From the human T2T-CHM13v2.0 reference genome, Homo sapiens, in NCBI RefSeq assembly GCF_009914755.1, contig NC_060925.1: 64,000 nt of DNA; one strand, 5' to 3'. Position numbers and translations under genes: made by a program. Shown piece by piece: positions 1 through 14,092 of the stretch (within the stretch, counting starts at the first letter, position 1; the number at the start of each line of letters is the position of its first letter). The notes under the pieces are model-generated. The model was not told the DNA's origin. It saw nothing but the letters and a program-made list of their open reading frames with translations, and made no database searches.

Positions 1-1015
1 TGTTCCTCTGACTGGATAATTTCAAATTTTCTATTTTTTGGCCCATTGATTCTATCAGAAGAAAGATAGAATCTGTGGTTAATAATTTTTACCGAATTTT
101 TCAGTCCAGTCATTGTATTCTTCATCTCTAGGATTTCTACTTGATTCTTTTTAATGTTTTTATTTCATCGTTGAGCTTCTCACTTTGTGTATTGTTTTGC
201 CAAATTTCATTAAATGTTATATTTGTATACTTTTATGTTGATCTTTTAGAGGATTATTTTGAATTCTTTGTCAGTAATTTCATAGATCTCCTTTTCTTTG
301 GGGTCTATCATTGGCACTTTATTACTTTCTTTTGGAGGTGTTATGATTCCTTGATTTTCTGTAATCCTTGTGTTCTTGTATTGTTATCTGCATATTTGCA
401 AGGCAGCCTCTCTTCTGTCCTTTAAAGTTGTTTTGAGGCAGGGATAAATCTTCACTATTTAGTCCAGCCTGTGATTCTGGAAGGACCAGCTGGTGATGAC
501 CCCTGGCAGGCAGAACTTGTTGTGGGTTCTCTAGTTGGCTGAGATGCTGCCTTTGCTCTGATGTCATCTGATATCAACATCTGGTATCAGATACTGGCTG
601 GGCTGCACTATCTGATGAGACCACTGGCTGGGCTCTGCTATCAGGCAGTACTGTGATGGCTTCTGGTCAGGCCAGTCACAGTGTATTTTTTTAATGAACA
701 ATTTCACTATTTGGGTTCTTTAGTTGGGCAGGACCATAAGCTGGGCTCTGAGTTTAAGCAGAGTTGCTGCTCGTGATAGGTGGGACTAGGGGCAATGCTC
801 CTTAGAAATGCATGATTGAGGATTATTTCCCTTTAAGGGTGAATCCATGGGATGGGCTTTTGGTAGGGTATGGCTGCTGCTTGACTTACGTAGTCAAGCT
901 GGTCGTGTCCCTTTGCTTCTTTGAAATGGGTAGAGGTAGGCATCTCCCTGCCTGGTTGGGGTCACTGGGAGCCTCTGAGGCTGGGCAGAAAGACTAGCTG
1001 TCTTGGGACCCAAGC
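1..1015 (-). mobile_element. Old L1 (L1M-type) ORF1/5' region fragment
   Basis: T-rich antisense L1 ORF1-like sequence grading into a GC-richer 5' region; highly decayed. Confidence 0.5.
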
Positions 1016-1821
1016 TAGTTCCTAATTTGTATAGATTTAACCATTAAAGATTAAATATAGCAATACCATCACTAACCTTTACCTGGCAAACATACATAGA
1101 ATATTGCACTCAAAAACTGAAGAATATGTGTTTCCTAAAGCACACATAGGGCGTTTATAAGAATTGCCCATACATTGGGTCATAAAGGAAATGCAAAAGA
1201 TTTTAATAAAGAACTGGAATCATACAGAATATGTTCTGTATTCATAAGTAATTAAACAAGAAATAAGCTTTCTTAAAATTAAAAAAAGCTTTTTTAAAAA
1301 AAGAAATAACAGGACAAGTTTGATAAAAACTTGGGAGTGTTGTCAATCTATGGATTTTTTCATTGATATGACAAGTGATATTTTATAAGCCTTTACTCAC
1401 AAACTTATATGTTGCTATACTGTTTTTGGAAAATTGGAAATACCCTGCTGAATCATACTCTAAGATAAATTATGAATTCCTGATCTCAATGATTTATTCA
1501 AAATTTATTTATAGAACTTTTATAAATGTCAGTCATAGCTCCAGCTACAAAAGATGCAGTTGTGAACAAGCCAAAGTCCCCACTTGAGGGTTTCAGGCTA
1601 GTAGATAATTCCAGATGATTACAATGTAGTGTCATAAGGCAAAGCAGATTGAAGCGGTGCACATTGCCCACAGGTGAATTTTGTAGGGAATATTTAGTTT
1701 ACCTGAAAATGTCTTTATATCACCTTCATTTTTGAAGGTTATTTTTATTGCAATTGCATTCTAGGTTGACAGTTTTTTTTCTTTCAGCACTTTGAAGTTA
1801 TCACTAAAGATGTCTACTATC

Positions 1822-2123
1822 GGCCAGGCGCAGAGGCTCATGCCTGTAATCCCAGCACTTTGGGAGGCCGAGGCAGGTGGATTACCTGAGGTCAAGAGTT
1901 CAAAACCAGCCTGGCCAACATGGTGAAACCCTGTCTCTACTAAAAATACAAAAATTAGCTGGGTGTGGTGGCGGGTGCCTGTAATCTCAGCTACTCAGGA
2001 GGCTGAGGCAGGAGAATCGCTTGAACCTGTGAGGTGGAGGTTACAGTGAGCCAAGATTGTGCCACTGTACTCCAGCTTGGGCTTGGCGACAAGAGCCAAA
2101 CTCTGTCTCAAAAAAAAAAAAAA
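1822..2123 (+). mobile_element. AluS (Sq/Sx-like)
   Basis: Full dimer with poly(A); TSD aaagatgtctactatc / aaaggtgtctgctatc. Confidence 0.95.
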
Positions 2124-3164
2124 GGTGTCTGCTATCAAGAGCTGACTCTGATGTCAGTGGTTGCTTTTTTCAGTTCCTCCTGTATGTAATGTTTCTTGCC
2201 CTCACTTCCATCTTTGCTTTATTTTTTGGACTCCAATATTGCTCAGCTACTGAATTTCTATAAACTCACAGTCCTCCAGCAGCTATTTTTGTCAGGCTGA
2301 TGGAGTCAAGTGTAGCTTAGTATTCAGCCAAAGATTCAAGGTTACCGGTATAGTTTCTGGAACACTGTCCAAAATTTGACCTGAAAATCCTGCCCTCTCA
2401 GCAGCCCTGAGCTCCAATCTTTGTTTATTCTACCCACCTGTTCTTTATTTAGGCTTCTACTTATCTATGCTACAATTTGGAGTGTCCCCAGCAGGAAACG
2501 AGAATCAGTGGAGAGCTCAACTTCTCGGTTTCCTTCTCTAAGTATCACAACCCTGTCCTGTTTGTAGACCAATGCCTGAAAACAATTTTTCATATATTGT
2601 GTCCAGTTTCAGATTGGTTTACAGTGGCAATCTAAGTTCTATAGCCACTATTTTGTCTTGGCTAGAACTGGAAATTGTACTAATCTTTTCGTTGGCAGGA
2701 TGGAATTTGTTTTTTAGAATTTGTATTTACAAGAATGCTACTTAAAAAGCATTTCACTAATTCCACCTTTTAGTCAGACACAATGAAACAACTTCTGATC
2801 CTTTTTTAAAAAAAATTGAGAGGCTTAAAAATTGAGTAAATCCTAAATTTTCCATGGTAAAAAGTGAGTCTTCTCTTTAAATTCATAAATAAAAGGTTGT
2901 TTTAAACTTGATTAAAAAGCTATAAATAGGGAGAAGAGGATAAGAAGTAAAAATAATATTTGAAGAGCCAAAAGACATAAAATTACCCTTCAATCAGTTT
3001 TATTCACTTTTCACCCATTTATTTATTCACTCAACAGATATTTATTGAATGCTAAGTGTTGGAGGTACACAGATGACTTGGTCTTTCCCTTCAAAACATC
3101 ATAGGAAAATATGGGAGAAATACATACAAGTAAATAATTAAAAAGCAATATGGAATAAATTCCA

Positions 3165-3520
3165 CTAGAGGGGCATTCTGCCAATTACCTGATCAGCACT
3201 CCTTGAAGCTATCAAGGTTATCAAAAACAGGGAAAGAGAAACTATCATAGCCAAGAGGAGCCTAAGGAGATGTGATGACAAATAGAATGTGCCATTTCAG
3301 CTGGGATCCTAAAACAAAAAGAGGACATTAGTTAAAAACTAAGAAACTCTGAATAAAGTATGGACTTTAGTGAATAATAATGTAGCTATATTGGTTCATT
3401 AATTATAACAATAATAATGTGAAATGTTACCAATGGGGAAACTGAGTGTGGGGACATATGGGACTCTCTGTGTTATCGTCTCAATTTTTCTGAAAATCTG
3501 AAACTACTTAAAAAATAAAG
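3165..3520 (+). mobile_element. L1MC-type 3' end
   Basis: Motifs gaggacattag...gaataaagtatggactttag...ggaaactg...actctctgt followed by an A-rich end. Confidence 0.6.
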
Positions 3521-3672
3521 TCCACTTAAATAACAATATGAAAATACAGTCATTTCACAAAGTCCAAAGGAGTGACTCCAACAATAAATATTTAAGAAGT
3601 ATTTATTTTTATAGTGGTGCTAACTTTGATATAAATGTTACAAGTACTATTTTCTTTTTTTTTAAATTTCAG

Positions 3673-3784
3673 CATGGATAGTGATGGATCAATGACAGTA
3701 GACTGGGATGAATGGAAGTACTACTTTTTACTGCATCCTGCAACAAATATCACTGAAATGATTCATTTCTGGAAGCATTCTACT
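3673..3784 (+). pseudogene. SLC25A24P2: SCaMC-1-like exon 4 (112 nt): (S)[37 protein letters not shown]
   Basis: Acceptor ttttttaaatttcAG, donor GTAAGA. EF-hand loop [12 protein letters not shown] is similar to SLC25A24 DVDGTMTVDWNEW...FWKHST. No stop codon. Confidence 0.9.
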
Positions 3785-4390
3785 GTAAGATTACTTTGTA
3801 TTTTACTTTGTTTTTATTTTGCTCTAAATGTCATAGCTGTTATGATAACATAACCCCTACAATACTTGCAGCCTCAGGGGCTAAAGTTACAATATTTCCC
3901 CCCTAATAATGTTCTGCTAATTTAGCTAGTGGTATTAGTATTGTGTGTATAAACAGAGCAACCAGTTTCTTTGTTTGCCAAAATCTAGAACTTAAAATCA
4001 TAATCTACCTGCTGAAAGTGCCTACTTTGTGTTAAGAATTAATTTCTATGACATAGTATTTAGATTGCCCTAGAAAAGTGAAAAATAATATATTTTTCTT
4101 TTTTCACAGATATGCTGTATCTGATTGGGTCTTCTATCATAGAAAACATAAAGTCAAATATTAGGATTTGAAAATTTTAGAACCAGAAAGGGTCAAATAT
4201 TTAATAATCTGCCTGCTCATTTTATATAAGCCCTTGACTTGGAGTTGTAATAAGGAGATCCTGTAATTGAAGACTTTGTTTCCTTTAGCAGATCTCAGGT
4301 GTGGGGGTTAATTATTTATTCATGGCATACTATTCTCATTTACCCTCCTGAGTTTTTGCCTCCTCTCCACAGAGAACACAGGGGAAGCAA

Positions 4391-4590
4391 AGAGCACAGG
4401 CTCTGGACTGCCTAGGCTTGAATTCCACATCTACCACCCACTTGCTCTATCAACCTCTCTGTGCATCATTTTCCTCAGTTATACAGTAGGGATAAAAATG
4501 ATAAATGTTTTGAGAATTAAATTAGTACATTAGTTAGTAGATTTAAAACAGGGCTAAGCACATAAGTGTTCAATAAATGTTAGTTGTTAC
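4391..4590 (+). mobile_element. MIR
   Basis: agagcacaggctctgg...ctctctgtgcatcattttcctca...caataaatgttag. Confidence 0.7.
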
Positions 4591-4639
4591 GATAGGCACT
4601 TATTCTATCTGATATGTTTCATCTGTGTTCTTGGATTTA

Positions 4640-5880
4640 TATATTTGCATATTCTTAGGGAGCATGTAGTATTGTTTCACACATGTGTTTTTGATTTGTA
4701 TAGCTAGTATTGTGCTAGAGACCACATCTGATTTCTGACTTTATGATTTGTCCTTGATGTTATATGCTTATCTAATTTATTGCTCCTAACATACTCATAG
4801 TATGCACTTATCACTTCTTCCTTGTCTATTCCCCAAGAAATGGACATCTAGTTTTTTCTCCAACTTCACCCATAAAAAATGCTTTCATTTTATGTACCTT
4901 AGAGAATTTCACCCAGTTTTCCATCATAGGGAATGTGCATTTGTACCTTTTACAACTACTAAGGTATCCAGTTTCAATTTTGTTTTAATTTCATGAAATA
5001 TTGCCGTAATTTTTTTCCAGAATGGCTAGCCGTAGCAATTCACACTCCTGCCAGCAATGTATGAAGGTTCCCATTTCTTTATGTATTGTTTATTACTTGG
5101 TATTATTCAGTTTTATAGCATTTGCTGTTCTGTTGGGCATAAAGTAGAATTTCATTGTTTTAACCTGCATTTCCTTGATTCCTAGTACATTTTGAACATC
5201 TCTTCATAGGAATATTAGACATTCACATGTTCTTTTCTATGAATTGTCTGTTTATATGCTTTATCTAGTTTTTTATGGATTTTCTATCATGTCCCTAATG
5301 TTTCATAAGAGTTACATATTTATCTTAGATAGTAATCTTTGTTGTACTTTGACGTGCACATATTTTTTCTAGTATGCCATTTGTCTGTTGTTTCTTTGTT
5401 TTGTCCATGATATTCCTGGTTGAACAGAAATATTTGATTTTTGGTGAGTAAATCCACAAAATATGTAATGGTTTACAATTTTGGTATCTTATTAAGAAGT
5501 ACTTTCCTACCTCTTGGTCACAAAGACGTTCTGTATCTTCTATTAGTTCTATGGTTTCTGCTTTTACATTTAGGCCTTTAATGCATCTGTTAGTTCACAT
5601 TTCTACATGATTAAAAGCAGGGCTCTGATTTTATTATTTTTATATGTAGAGGGAATTTTCCCAGTATACCCTACTAAACATTGAATTCTTTTCACATTCA
5701 TTTGTGATGCCACCTTTCTCACACATCAAGCTTCCATAAATACTTGGATATTTTCTTGAGCTTCCTTTTCTGTTCCATTGTTTTCTTTTTTAATGCCAAT
5801 ATTGAACTGTCTTTATGACTATGGTTGTGTAGTATAATACTGACCTGGTAAAGTAAATACTTCCTCTTTGTCCCCCTTCC
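4640..5880 (-). mobile_element. Old L1M 3'/ORF2 fragment; continues at about 8980-9110 and 11263-11870 after nested insertions
   Basis: Decayed antisense L1 motifs such as cactcctgccagcaatgtatgaaggttccc and ttgcatttccttgat. Confidence 0.6.
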
Positions 5881-5899
5881 CTCACTGATTTTTCTTATC

Positions 5900-8800
5900 T
5901 TTAAAAAAATTTATTCATTTTATTTATTTATTTATTTATTATGCTTCAATTTCTGGGATACATGTGCAGAATGTGCAGGTTTGTTACACAGGTATACATG
6001 TGCCATGGTGGTTTGCTGCACCCATCAACCCATTACCTGGGTTTTAAGCCCTGCATGCATTAGGTATTTGTCCTAATGCTCTCCCCCTCCTTGCCCCCCA
6101 CCCCCTGACAGGCCCTGGTGTGTGATGTTTCCCTCCCTGTGTCCATGTGTTCTCATTGTTCAGCTTCCACTTATGAGTGAGAACATGTGGTGATTGGTTT
6201 TCTGTTCCTGTGTTAGTTTGCTGAGAATGATGGTTTCCAGATTCGTCTATGTCCCTGCAAAGGACATGAACTCATTATTTTTTATGGCTGCATAGTATTC
6301 CATGGTGTATATGTGCCACATTTTCTTTATCCAGTCTATCATTGGTGGGCATTTGGGTTGATTCCAAGTCTTTGCTATTGTGAACCGTGCTGCAATAAAC
6401 ATACGTGTGCATGGGTATATACCCAGTAATGAGATTGATGTGTCAAATGGTATTTCTGCTTCTAGACCCTTGAGGAATCTCCACACTGTCTTCTGCAATG
6501 GTTGAACTAATTTACAGTCCCACCAACAGTGTAAAAGCGTTCCTGTTTCTTCACATCCTCTCCAGCATGTTGTTTTCTGATTTTTTAATGATCTCCATTC
6601 TAACTGGCGTGAGATGCTATCTCATTGTGGTTTTGATTTGCATTTCTCTAATGATCAGTGAGGATGAGCTTGTTTTCATATCTTTGTTGGCAGCATAAAT
6701 GTCTTATTTTGAGAAGTGTCTGTTTATATCCTTTGCCCAGTTTTTGATGTGGTTGTTTTTTTCTTGTAAATTTGTTTAAGTTCCTTGTAGATTCTGGATA
6801 TTAGACCTTTGTCAGATGGATAGATTTCAAAAGTTTTCTCCTATTCTGTAGGTTGCCTGCTCACTCTGATGATAGTTTCTTTTGCTGAGCAGAAGATCTT
6901 TAGTTTAATGAGATCCCATTTGTAAATTTAGCCTTTCGTTGCAATTGCTTTTAGTGTTTCAGTCATAAAGTCTTTGCTCATGCCTATGTCCTGAATGGTA
7001 TTACCCAGGTTTTCTTCTAGGGTTTTTATGATTTTAGGTTTTACGTTTAAGTCTTTAATCCATCTTGAGTTAATTTTTGTATAAGGTGTAACAGTTTGAG
7101 TTTTCTGCATATGGTTAGCCAGTTTTTCCAGCAGCATTTATTAAATAGGGGATCCTAAAGAAGCAAGAGCAAACAAATTCAAAAGCTAGCAGAAGAGAAG
7201 AAATAATTAAGATCAGAGCAGAACTGAAGGAGATAGAGACACAAAAAACTCTTCAAAAAATCAATGAATCCAGGAGCTGTTTTTTGAAAAGATTAACAAA
7301 GTAGATAGAATAGTAGCCAGACTAATAAAGAAGAAAAGAGAGAACAATCAAATAGACACAATAAAGAGTGATAAGGGGGATATCACCATGGACCCCACAG
7401 AAATACAAACTGCCATCAGAGAATGTTATAAACACCTCTATGCAAATGAACTAGAAAATCTAGAAGAAATGGTTAAATTCCTGGACACATACACCCTCCC
7501 AAGACTAAACCAGGAAGAAGTCGAATTCCTGAATAGACCAATAACAAGTTATGAAATTGAGGCAGTAATTAATAGCCTACCAACCAAAAAAAGCCCAGGA
7601 CCAGATGGATTCACAGCCAAATTCTACCAGAGGTACAAAGAGGAGCTGGTACCATTCCTTCTGAAACTATTCCAAACAATAGAAAAAGACAGAATCCTCC
7701 CTAACTCATTTTATGAGGCCAGCATCATCCTGATACCAAAACCTGGCAGACACACAACAAAAAAAGAAAATTTCAGGCCAATATATTTGATGAACATTGA
7801 TGTGAAAATCCTCAGTAAAATACTGGAAAACCAAATCCAGCAGCACATCAAAAAGCTTATCCACCACGATCAAGTCGGCTTCATCCTTGGGATGCAAGGC
7901 TGGTTTAACATACAGAAATCAATAAATGTAATCCATCACATAAACAGAACCAATGACAAAAACCACATGATTATCTCAATAGATGCAGAAAAGGCCTTCA
8001 ATAAAATTCAACACCACTTCATGCTAAAACCTCTTAATAAACTAGATGTTGATGGAGCATATCTCAAAATAATAAGAGCTATTTATTTCAAACCCATAGC
8101 CATTATTATACTCAATGGGCATAAGCTGGAAGCATTCCCTTTGAAAAACAGCACAAGACAAGGATGCCCTCTCTCACCACTCCTATTCAACATAGTACTG
8201 GAAGTTCTGACCAGGGCAATCAGGCAAGAGAAAGAAATAAGAGGTATTCAAATAGGAAGAGGGGAAGTCAAATTGTCTCTGTTTGCAGATGACATGATTG
8301 TATATTTAGAAAACTCCATCGTCTCAGCCCCAAAACTCCTTAAGCTGACAAGCAACTTCAGCAAAATCTCAGGATACAAATTCAATGTGCAAGCATCACA
8401 AGCATTCCTATACACCAATAACAGACAAACAGAGAGCCAAATCATGAGTGAACTCCAATTCAGAATTGCTACAAAGAAAATAAAATACCTAGGAATACAA
8501 CTTATAAGGAACGTGAAGGACCTCTTCAAGGAGAACTACAAACCACTGCTGAAGGGAATAAGAGAGGACACAAACGAATGGAAAAACATTCCATGCTCAT
8601 GGATAGGAAGAATCAATGTCATGAAAATGGCCATACTGCCCAAAGTAATTTATAGATTCAATGCTATTCCCATCAAGCTACCATTGACTTTCTTCACCAA
8701 ACTAGAAAAAACTACTTTAAAGTTCATATGGAACCAAAAAAGAGCCTGTATAGCCAAGACAATTCTAAGCAAAAAGAACAAAGCTGGAGTCCTCACACTA

Positions 8801-8967
8801 CATGACTTCAAACTATACTACAAGGCTACACTAATCAAAACAGCATGGTACTGATAGCAAAACAGATATATAGACCAATGGAACAGGGCAGAGGCCTCAG
8901 AAATAACACCACACGTCTACAACCATCTGATCTTCAGCAACCTGACAAAAACAAGCAATGGGGAAAG
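5900..8967 (-). mobile_element. L1PA7/8-like, 5'-truncated, with twin-priming inversion (3' part 5900-7154 on -, inverted ORF2 part 7155-8967 on +)
   Basis: The two parts are contiguous in L1 coordinates at ggggaaaggat|cccctatttaataa. TSD gat(t/c)tttcttatc at 5887-5899 and 8968-8980. RT ORF 7388..8854 contains FADD. Confidence 0.9.
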
Positions 8968-9111
8968 GATCTTTCTTATCAAAATTAGCCTAGTTTTTTT
9001 TTTTTAAAGAAGAACTTTTATTTTAGATTTTAGATTTTCTTAATTTCAACTGAATTTTTGATTTTCTTAATTTCAACTGTATATTTTTAGAAACTTGATT
9101 GCAATTACGTT

Positions 9112-11262
9112 TGTCTTGGTTTGGGCTGCTATAAAAAATTACCATGGTCTAGGTGATTTAAACAACAAACATTTATTTCTCACAGTTCTGGAGGTTAGAA
9201 ATTTGAGATCAGGGTGCTGATATAGTCAGGTTCTTGGTGAGTGCACTTTTCCTGGTGTACAGAGGGCTGTCTTCTTTCTATTCCCTCACATAGTGGAAAG
9301 AGAGCTAGCTAGACCTCTGGTGTCATCTTTTAAGGGCACTAATTCCAATTATAGTGGATCCACTCTCATGACCTAATTATCTCCCAAAGGCCGCAACTCC
9401 AAATATCATCACATTTCGATTAGGATTTCAATATATGAATTTGGAGACATACGTTTCATTCATTGCATTCTGCCCCTGGCTCCCCCAAATTCATGTTCTT
9501 CTCACATGCAAAATAAACCCATTCCATTCCAACAGCCCCCAAATACTTAACTTGTTCTGGCATTAACTTTAAAAGTCTGAAGTACAATGTCTCATCTAAA
9601 TATCACATAAATTGGATATAGGTAAGATTTGAAGTACAATTCATCCTGAGGCAAATTCCTCTCCAGCTGTGAACCTGTGAAAGTAAGCAATTTATGTGCT
9701 TCCAAAATATACAGGAATAGGAGAGACATTCCCATTCCAAAAGGGAGAAAGAGGAAAGAAGGAAAGGAAAAATGGGTCCTAGGCAAGTTAATAGCAAGGC
9801 AAGCTCTGTGAGATCTTAAGGCTCAAGAATAATCATTTTGATGTTCTACTCTCTGGACTCATGGTGGCAATGGTTCCTCTTTTATACCTCTGCCCAGTGG
9901 GGGTGGTGTCCCAGTGGGTCCCAACAGCCCTGCCCCATGGCTCTGCTGCGTGTTGGTCCCACCGTTTGAAACTGAGGTGGAGGCAGCCCCATTCTCTGGC
10001 TCAGCCCATGGCACTCTGGGCCAATGGTGGAAGTGGCAGCTCTGTGGATTTCTGAATCTCCTTTGGGGTCCTTCTTCTCTTGTTTTGGATAGTGCATGTT
10101 TTCTGCTCAGTGGTTGAGTCCTGTAGTCCTGAAGTTCTAAGAAGTCTGATGGTCTTCCTTAATTGTATCCTATTTTCTCTCTTTCCTTTAGTCTCAGCTG
10201 GCATTTCTGCTAGAATTGCCCCATCTCTGTTCCTGGTTTCTGTTGAGATGGCTGATGAAGTCCATGGTTCACACTTACACGAATCTCCTTTTCAAGTGGT
10301 TAGTTCACCACACCCTTAGTGTTCTCTTCTGAACATGCTTTTTAAAAATTTTTTCGTAACATTAACAGTTCAGAAATTTTCAAATATTTAAGTTCTGGTT
10401 CCTTTTTGCTTAATGATTCCATCTTCAACTTATTTCTCTCTTACCTTTTTCTATAAGTGATCGGGAAGAAGTAAGCCACTCCTTCAACACTTTGCCTAGA
10501 AATTTCCTCCACTAAGTATCCAGTTTCATCACTTACAAGTTCTACATTCCACAAAACACTAGAACATAAACACAATTCAGCCAAGTTTTTTACCACTTTA
10601 TAACAAGGATGGGCTTTCCTCTAGTTTCTAATAACATGTTTCATCATTTCCATTTGAGGCTTTGTCATGAATGGCCTCTACTATCCATATTTCTACTAAC
10701 ATGGTTCATAATTATGTACTGTCTTAAGAAGACAGAAGCTTTCTGTACAGCTCTCCTCTTTTATTTCTGAGCCATAATCACAATTGCCTTTAAAATCCCG
10801 TCATGGCAACATTGACATTTTCTAGCATGTACTTCACAATTCTTGCAGCCTCTACCCATTACCCACTTCCAAGATTGCTTCCACACTTTCATGTACTTGT
10901 TATTGCAGTGCCTCATTTCTCAGTACCAATATCTGTCTTAGCCAGTTCATGCTGCTATATGTACTGGGCTACTTAAAGTTCAGGCATTTATTTTTCAGAG
11001 TTCTGAAAGCTGGAAGTCCTAGATCAGGTTGCCAGCATGGTTGGGTTCTTGGGGAATGCCCTTTTCCTGGCTGACAGAGAGCCGTCTTCTTGCCATCCTC
11101 ATACAGTATGGAAAGGTAGCTAGCTAGCTGTCTGGCTTCTTATGAAGGCTTCTGATGTAATTATTTTTCAAAGACCCCACCTCCAAATACCATCACACTG
11201 GGATGAGGGTTTCAACATTTGAACTGACGGTGAAGCAGGACACAAACATTCAGTCCATTGCA
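9112..11262 (-). mobile_element. MaLR provirus (MLT1A/MSTD-type): LTR 9112-9467, internal region, LTR 10934-11262
   Basis: Two similar tgtctt...attgca LTRs flank MaLR internal sequence. Confidence 0.8.
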
Positions 11263-12164
11263 GCAGTGAATTTATAGAATAATTTGGGTAAAACAGGTAT
11301 CTTCATAATTTTAAGTTACTCTATCCACAAACATGATCAAATTATCTCTATTCAGATTTCTTGTTATATTATTTAACAGAGGTTACATTTTTTTCCCTGA
11401 AATGGTCTTCTGTCCTCTTTGTTAGGTTAAATCTTAGATGCTGTATAGATTTTGCCACTTTTGTGAATGTATCTTCTTTCCTATTAAATTTTCCACTTGA
11501 TTATTTCTGCTTTGAGAAACTCCTTTTTGTAAGTTGATCTTCTATCTGGTACTTTGCTGAACTCTCTTATTTATTATAACAATTTGCCACCTAATACTTT
11601 TGTTTTTCCTTGTTTATGACCATATTCTTTTAATAACAATATTATTTCTTTTATTTTAGTTCCCATATGAAAACAATTCTTTTTAGCTTATATCTTTGGC
11701 TAGAATCTTCAGTACTGTGTTAGATAGCAGCAGGGATGGCAATCATTATTTCTTATTCATGAAGCATTTTTTTAAATGCTTCTAAAATTTCTTCTATTAA
11801 GTATGATGCTTGCTATGTTGTTGTTCTTATAATTATTAGCAAACTAAGGAAGTTTTCAGAATTTTAAAAATATAATTATTTAAATATATTTATATAACAT
11901 AAAATTCACCCATTTTAAGAGTGCAAATAAATTCAATTATTTTAGTAAATTAAGAGAACAGTACAACAATCACCATAATCCATTTTTAGAACATTTCCAT
12001 TATCCCCAAAATTCCTGGTACATGTTTACAGTTAATCTCTACTCTTCCACCTATCCCTGGGCAACTGCTCTTTACTTTCAGTCAGATACATATTTTTTAA
12101 TGATAAATCGGTGATGAGATTTATTAAATAACTTTTTTGCATCCATGGAGATAATTTCCAAGAA

Positions 12165-12322
12165 GCAGTGCAGTATAGCATACTGGTTGAGAGACAGACT
12201 CTGAAACTACACTTCCTAGGCTCAAATTATAACATTGACAATGATTGTCTGTGTAACTTGGGCAAGTTATTGAATCTCTCTGTGCTTCAATTTCTTCAGT
12301 AAAATGAGAATAATGATAGCTA
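12165..12322 (+). mobile_element. MIR
   Basis: gcagtatagc...tgtaacttgggcaagttattgaatctctctgtgcttcaatttc. Confidence 0.75.
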
Positions 12323-12324
12323 TC

Positions 12325-12390
12325 TATTAGTTGAACTATAGGAAATTTCTGATATCCAACTATTTTTGACCTACAAGAATGGTAATTTGC
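12325..12390. mobile_element. MADE2 (mariner-derived MITE) fragment
   Basis: tattagttgaactataggaaatt...tttttgacctacaa matches my recollection of MADE2; right TIR lost. Confidence 0.55.
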
Positions 12391-12444
12391 AGAAAGTCCC
12401 CATCAGCGAGCAGGCTCTCACAGATGTGTCCCCTCAACCTTGGA

Positions 12445-12497
12445 CTTCTCAGCCTCCATAATTGCATGAGCCCAATGAATGAATTCCTGTAATAAAC

Positions 12498-12553
<56 letters not shown>

Positions 12554-12613
12554 ATATCTATCCATCCATCCATCCTATTGGTTTTGTCTTTCTGGAGAGC
12601 CCTAACTAATACA
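12445..12613 (+). mobile_element. MLT2 (HERV-L) LTR 3' part
   Basis: cctccataattgcatgagcc...aataaa...catcctattgg...ctggagagccctaactaataca. Confidence 0.7.
12498..12552. repeat. (CTAT)n tetranucleotide microsatellite
   Basis: About 13 perfect units. Confidence 0.95.
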
Positions 12614-13673
12614 GAGTGCTTCCATGTTTTCACCATTTCATGTTTTCTGAAGGATGTATTTTATGTTTTTTTCAAACTACTAGTACCTGTATTCTATGAG
12701 TTTTTCTTTCCTAGGTCCAACTGATACCATATATATTTTGATATATAGTGTTTTTATTGTCATTCAGGCACCATTTATTTTACAACTTCTCCCTGAGATT
12801 TCCTCTTTAATCCTAGGATTAATTAGGTAATATCTTTATTTTATGTGTGTGCATAATTTTCTGGCTGAGGGTTTTCTTTTAAAGACATCCTTTTGTTATG
12901 TATGATATTGAAATATAGTCAGGAATTATAGAGGGTATGATATAGATTCCTGGGAATTTATTGTGGCTTCATTTGTTGCCTATTAAATGGTCAGTTTTAA
13001 AAAATATGTTCTATGCATGTGTCCTAAAAAATAATGTATATTTTTTGCTTGTTGGATGTAAATTTCTATATAAATCAATTAAGCTAAACCTTATTATTTT
13101 ATATGCATTATAATTTTTATTCTGTTTGATCTATAAAATTCTGAGAAGAATATTTTAAAATTAGCAAGTATAGTTGCTAATTTATTTCTTCCTGTAGTTC
13201 CACTGGTTGTTGCTGAAAATATTTTGAGCCTGTGTGGTTAACGTGTATATATGTTCATAAATTTTATATCTTTTTGATTAGTTGTTCCTTTTAACAATCT
13301 CTCATGATGGTTTTTCTTCTGAAGTTCAATCTGTATCTTCTCCTAAACAATATAGGTGTACTTCAATGTACTCTTACTTCCATTTGTTTTTTGCCATAAC
13401 CCATATTTCCTTGGTATTATCTAGAATTTTAGTGGATTTTATTGGATATAGTTGCGTTTGTATGGTGTGTATATTTGCCTTTTTTAAAAAAATAATAAAT
13501 TTTAGCTTACTTTATTTATCTTTACTTCTCATTTATCTTCTAATGTTCTTCTGGGTTTATTTCTCTCTTTGCTGGAGTGCCTCTTCCAAGAGTGTTTTCA
13601 AAGAGGGTCTTTGGGCGCTAAGTCTGCTGAGATATTCAATAGATACTGTTCTTGTATGTTTGCTTTTAGGTGA

Positions 13674-13981
13674 TTTTTTTTTTTGTTTTTTTTTGTTTTT
13701 GAGACGGAGTCTCACTCCTTCACCCAGGCCGGACTGCAGTGGCACTATCTCAGCTCACTGCAAGCTCCGCCTCCCAGGTTCACGCCATTCTCCTGCCTCG
13801 GCCTCCTGAGTAGCTGGGACTATGGGCGCCCGCCACCGCGCCTGGCTAATTTTTTGTAGTTTTAATAGAGACGGGGTTTCACCATGTTAGCCAGGATGGT
13901 CTCGATCTCCTGACCTCGTGATCCGCCCACCTCGGCCTCCCAAAGTCCTGGGATTACAGGCGTGAGCCACCGCACCCAGCC
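13674..13981 (-). mobile_element. AluY
   Basis: Diagnostic gcaagctccgcc, ttcacgccattctcc and gatctcctgacctcgtgatc. Confidence 0.95.
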
Positions 13982-14092
13982 CGGTATTTTTGTTTAAAAT
14001 TCTAGATTAAAAGTTTCTTTAATTGATTGGTTTGAAAATATTATTGCATTGCCTTCTTACATCGTATGACCTCAATTGGATTCTTGTTTGTA

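Noticed and set aside
13282-13809. 175-aa hydrophobic ORF as a membrane protein
   Set aside because: T-rich decayed repeat sequence running into an antisense AluY.
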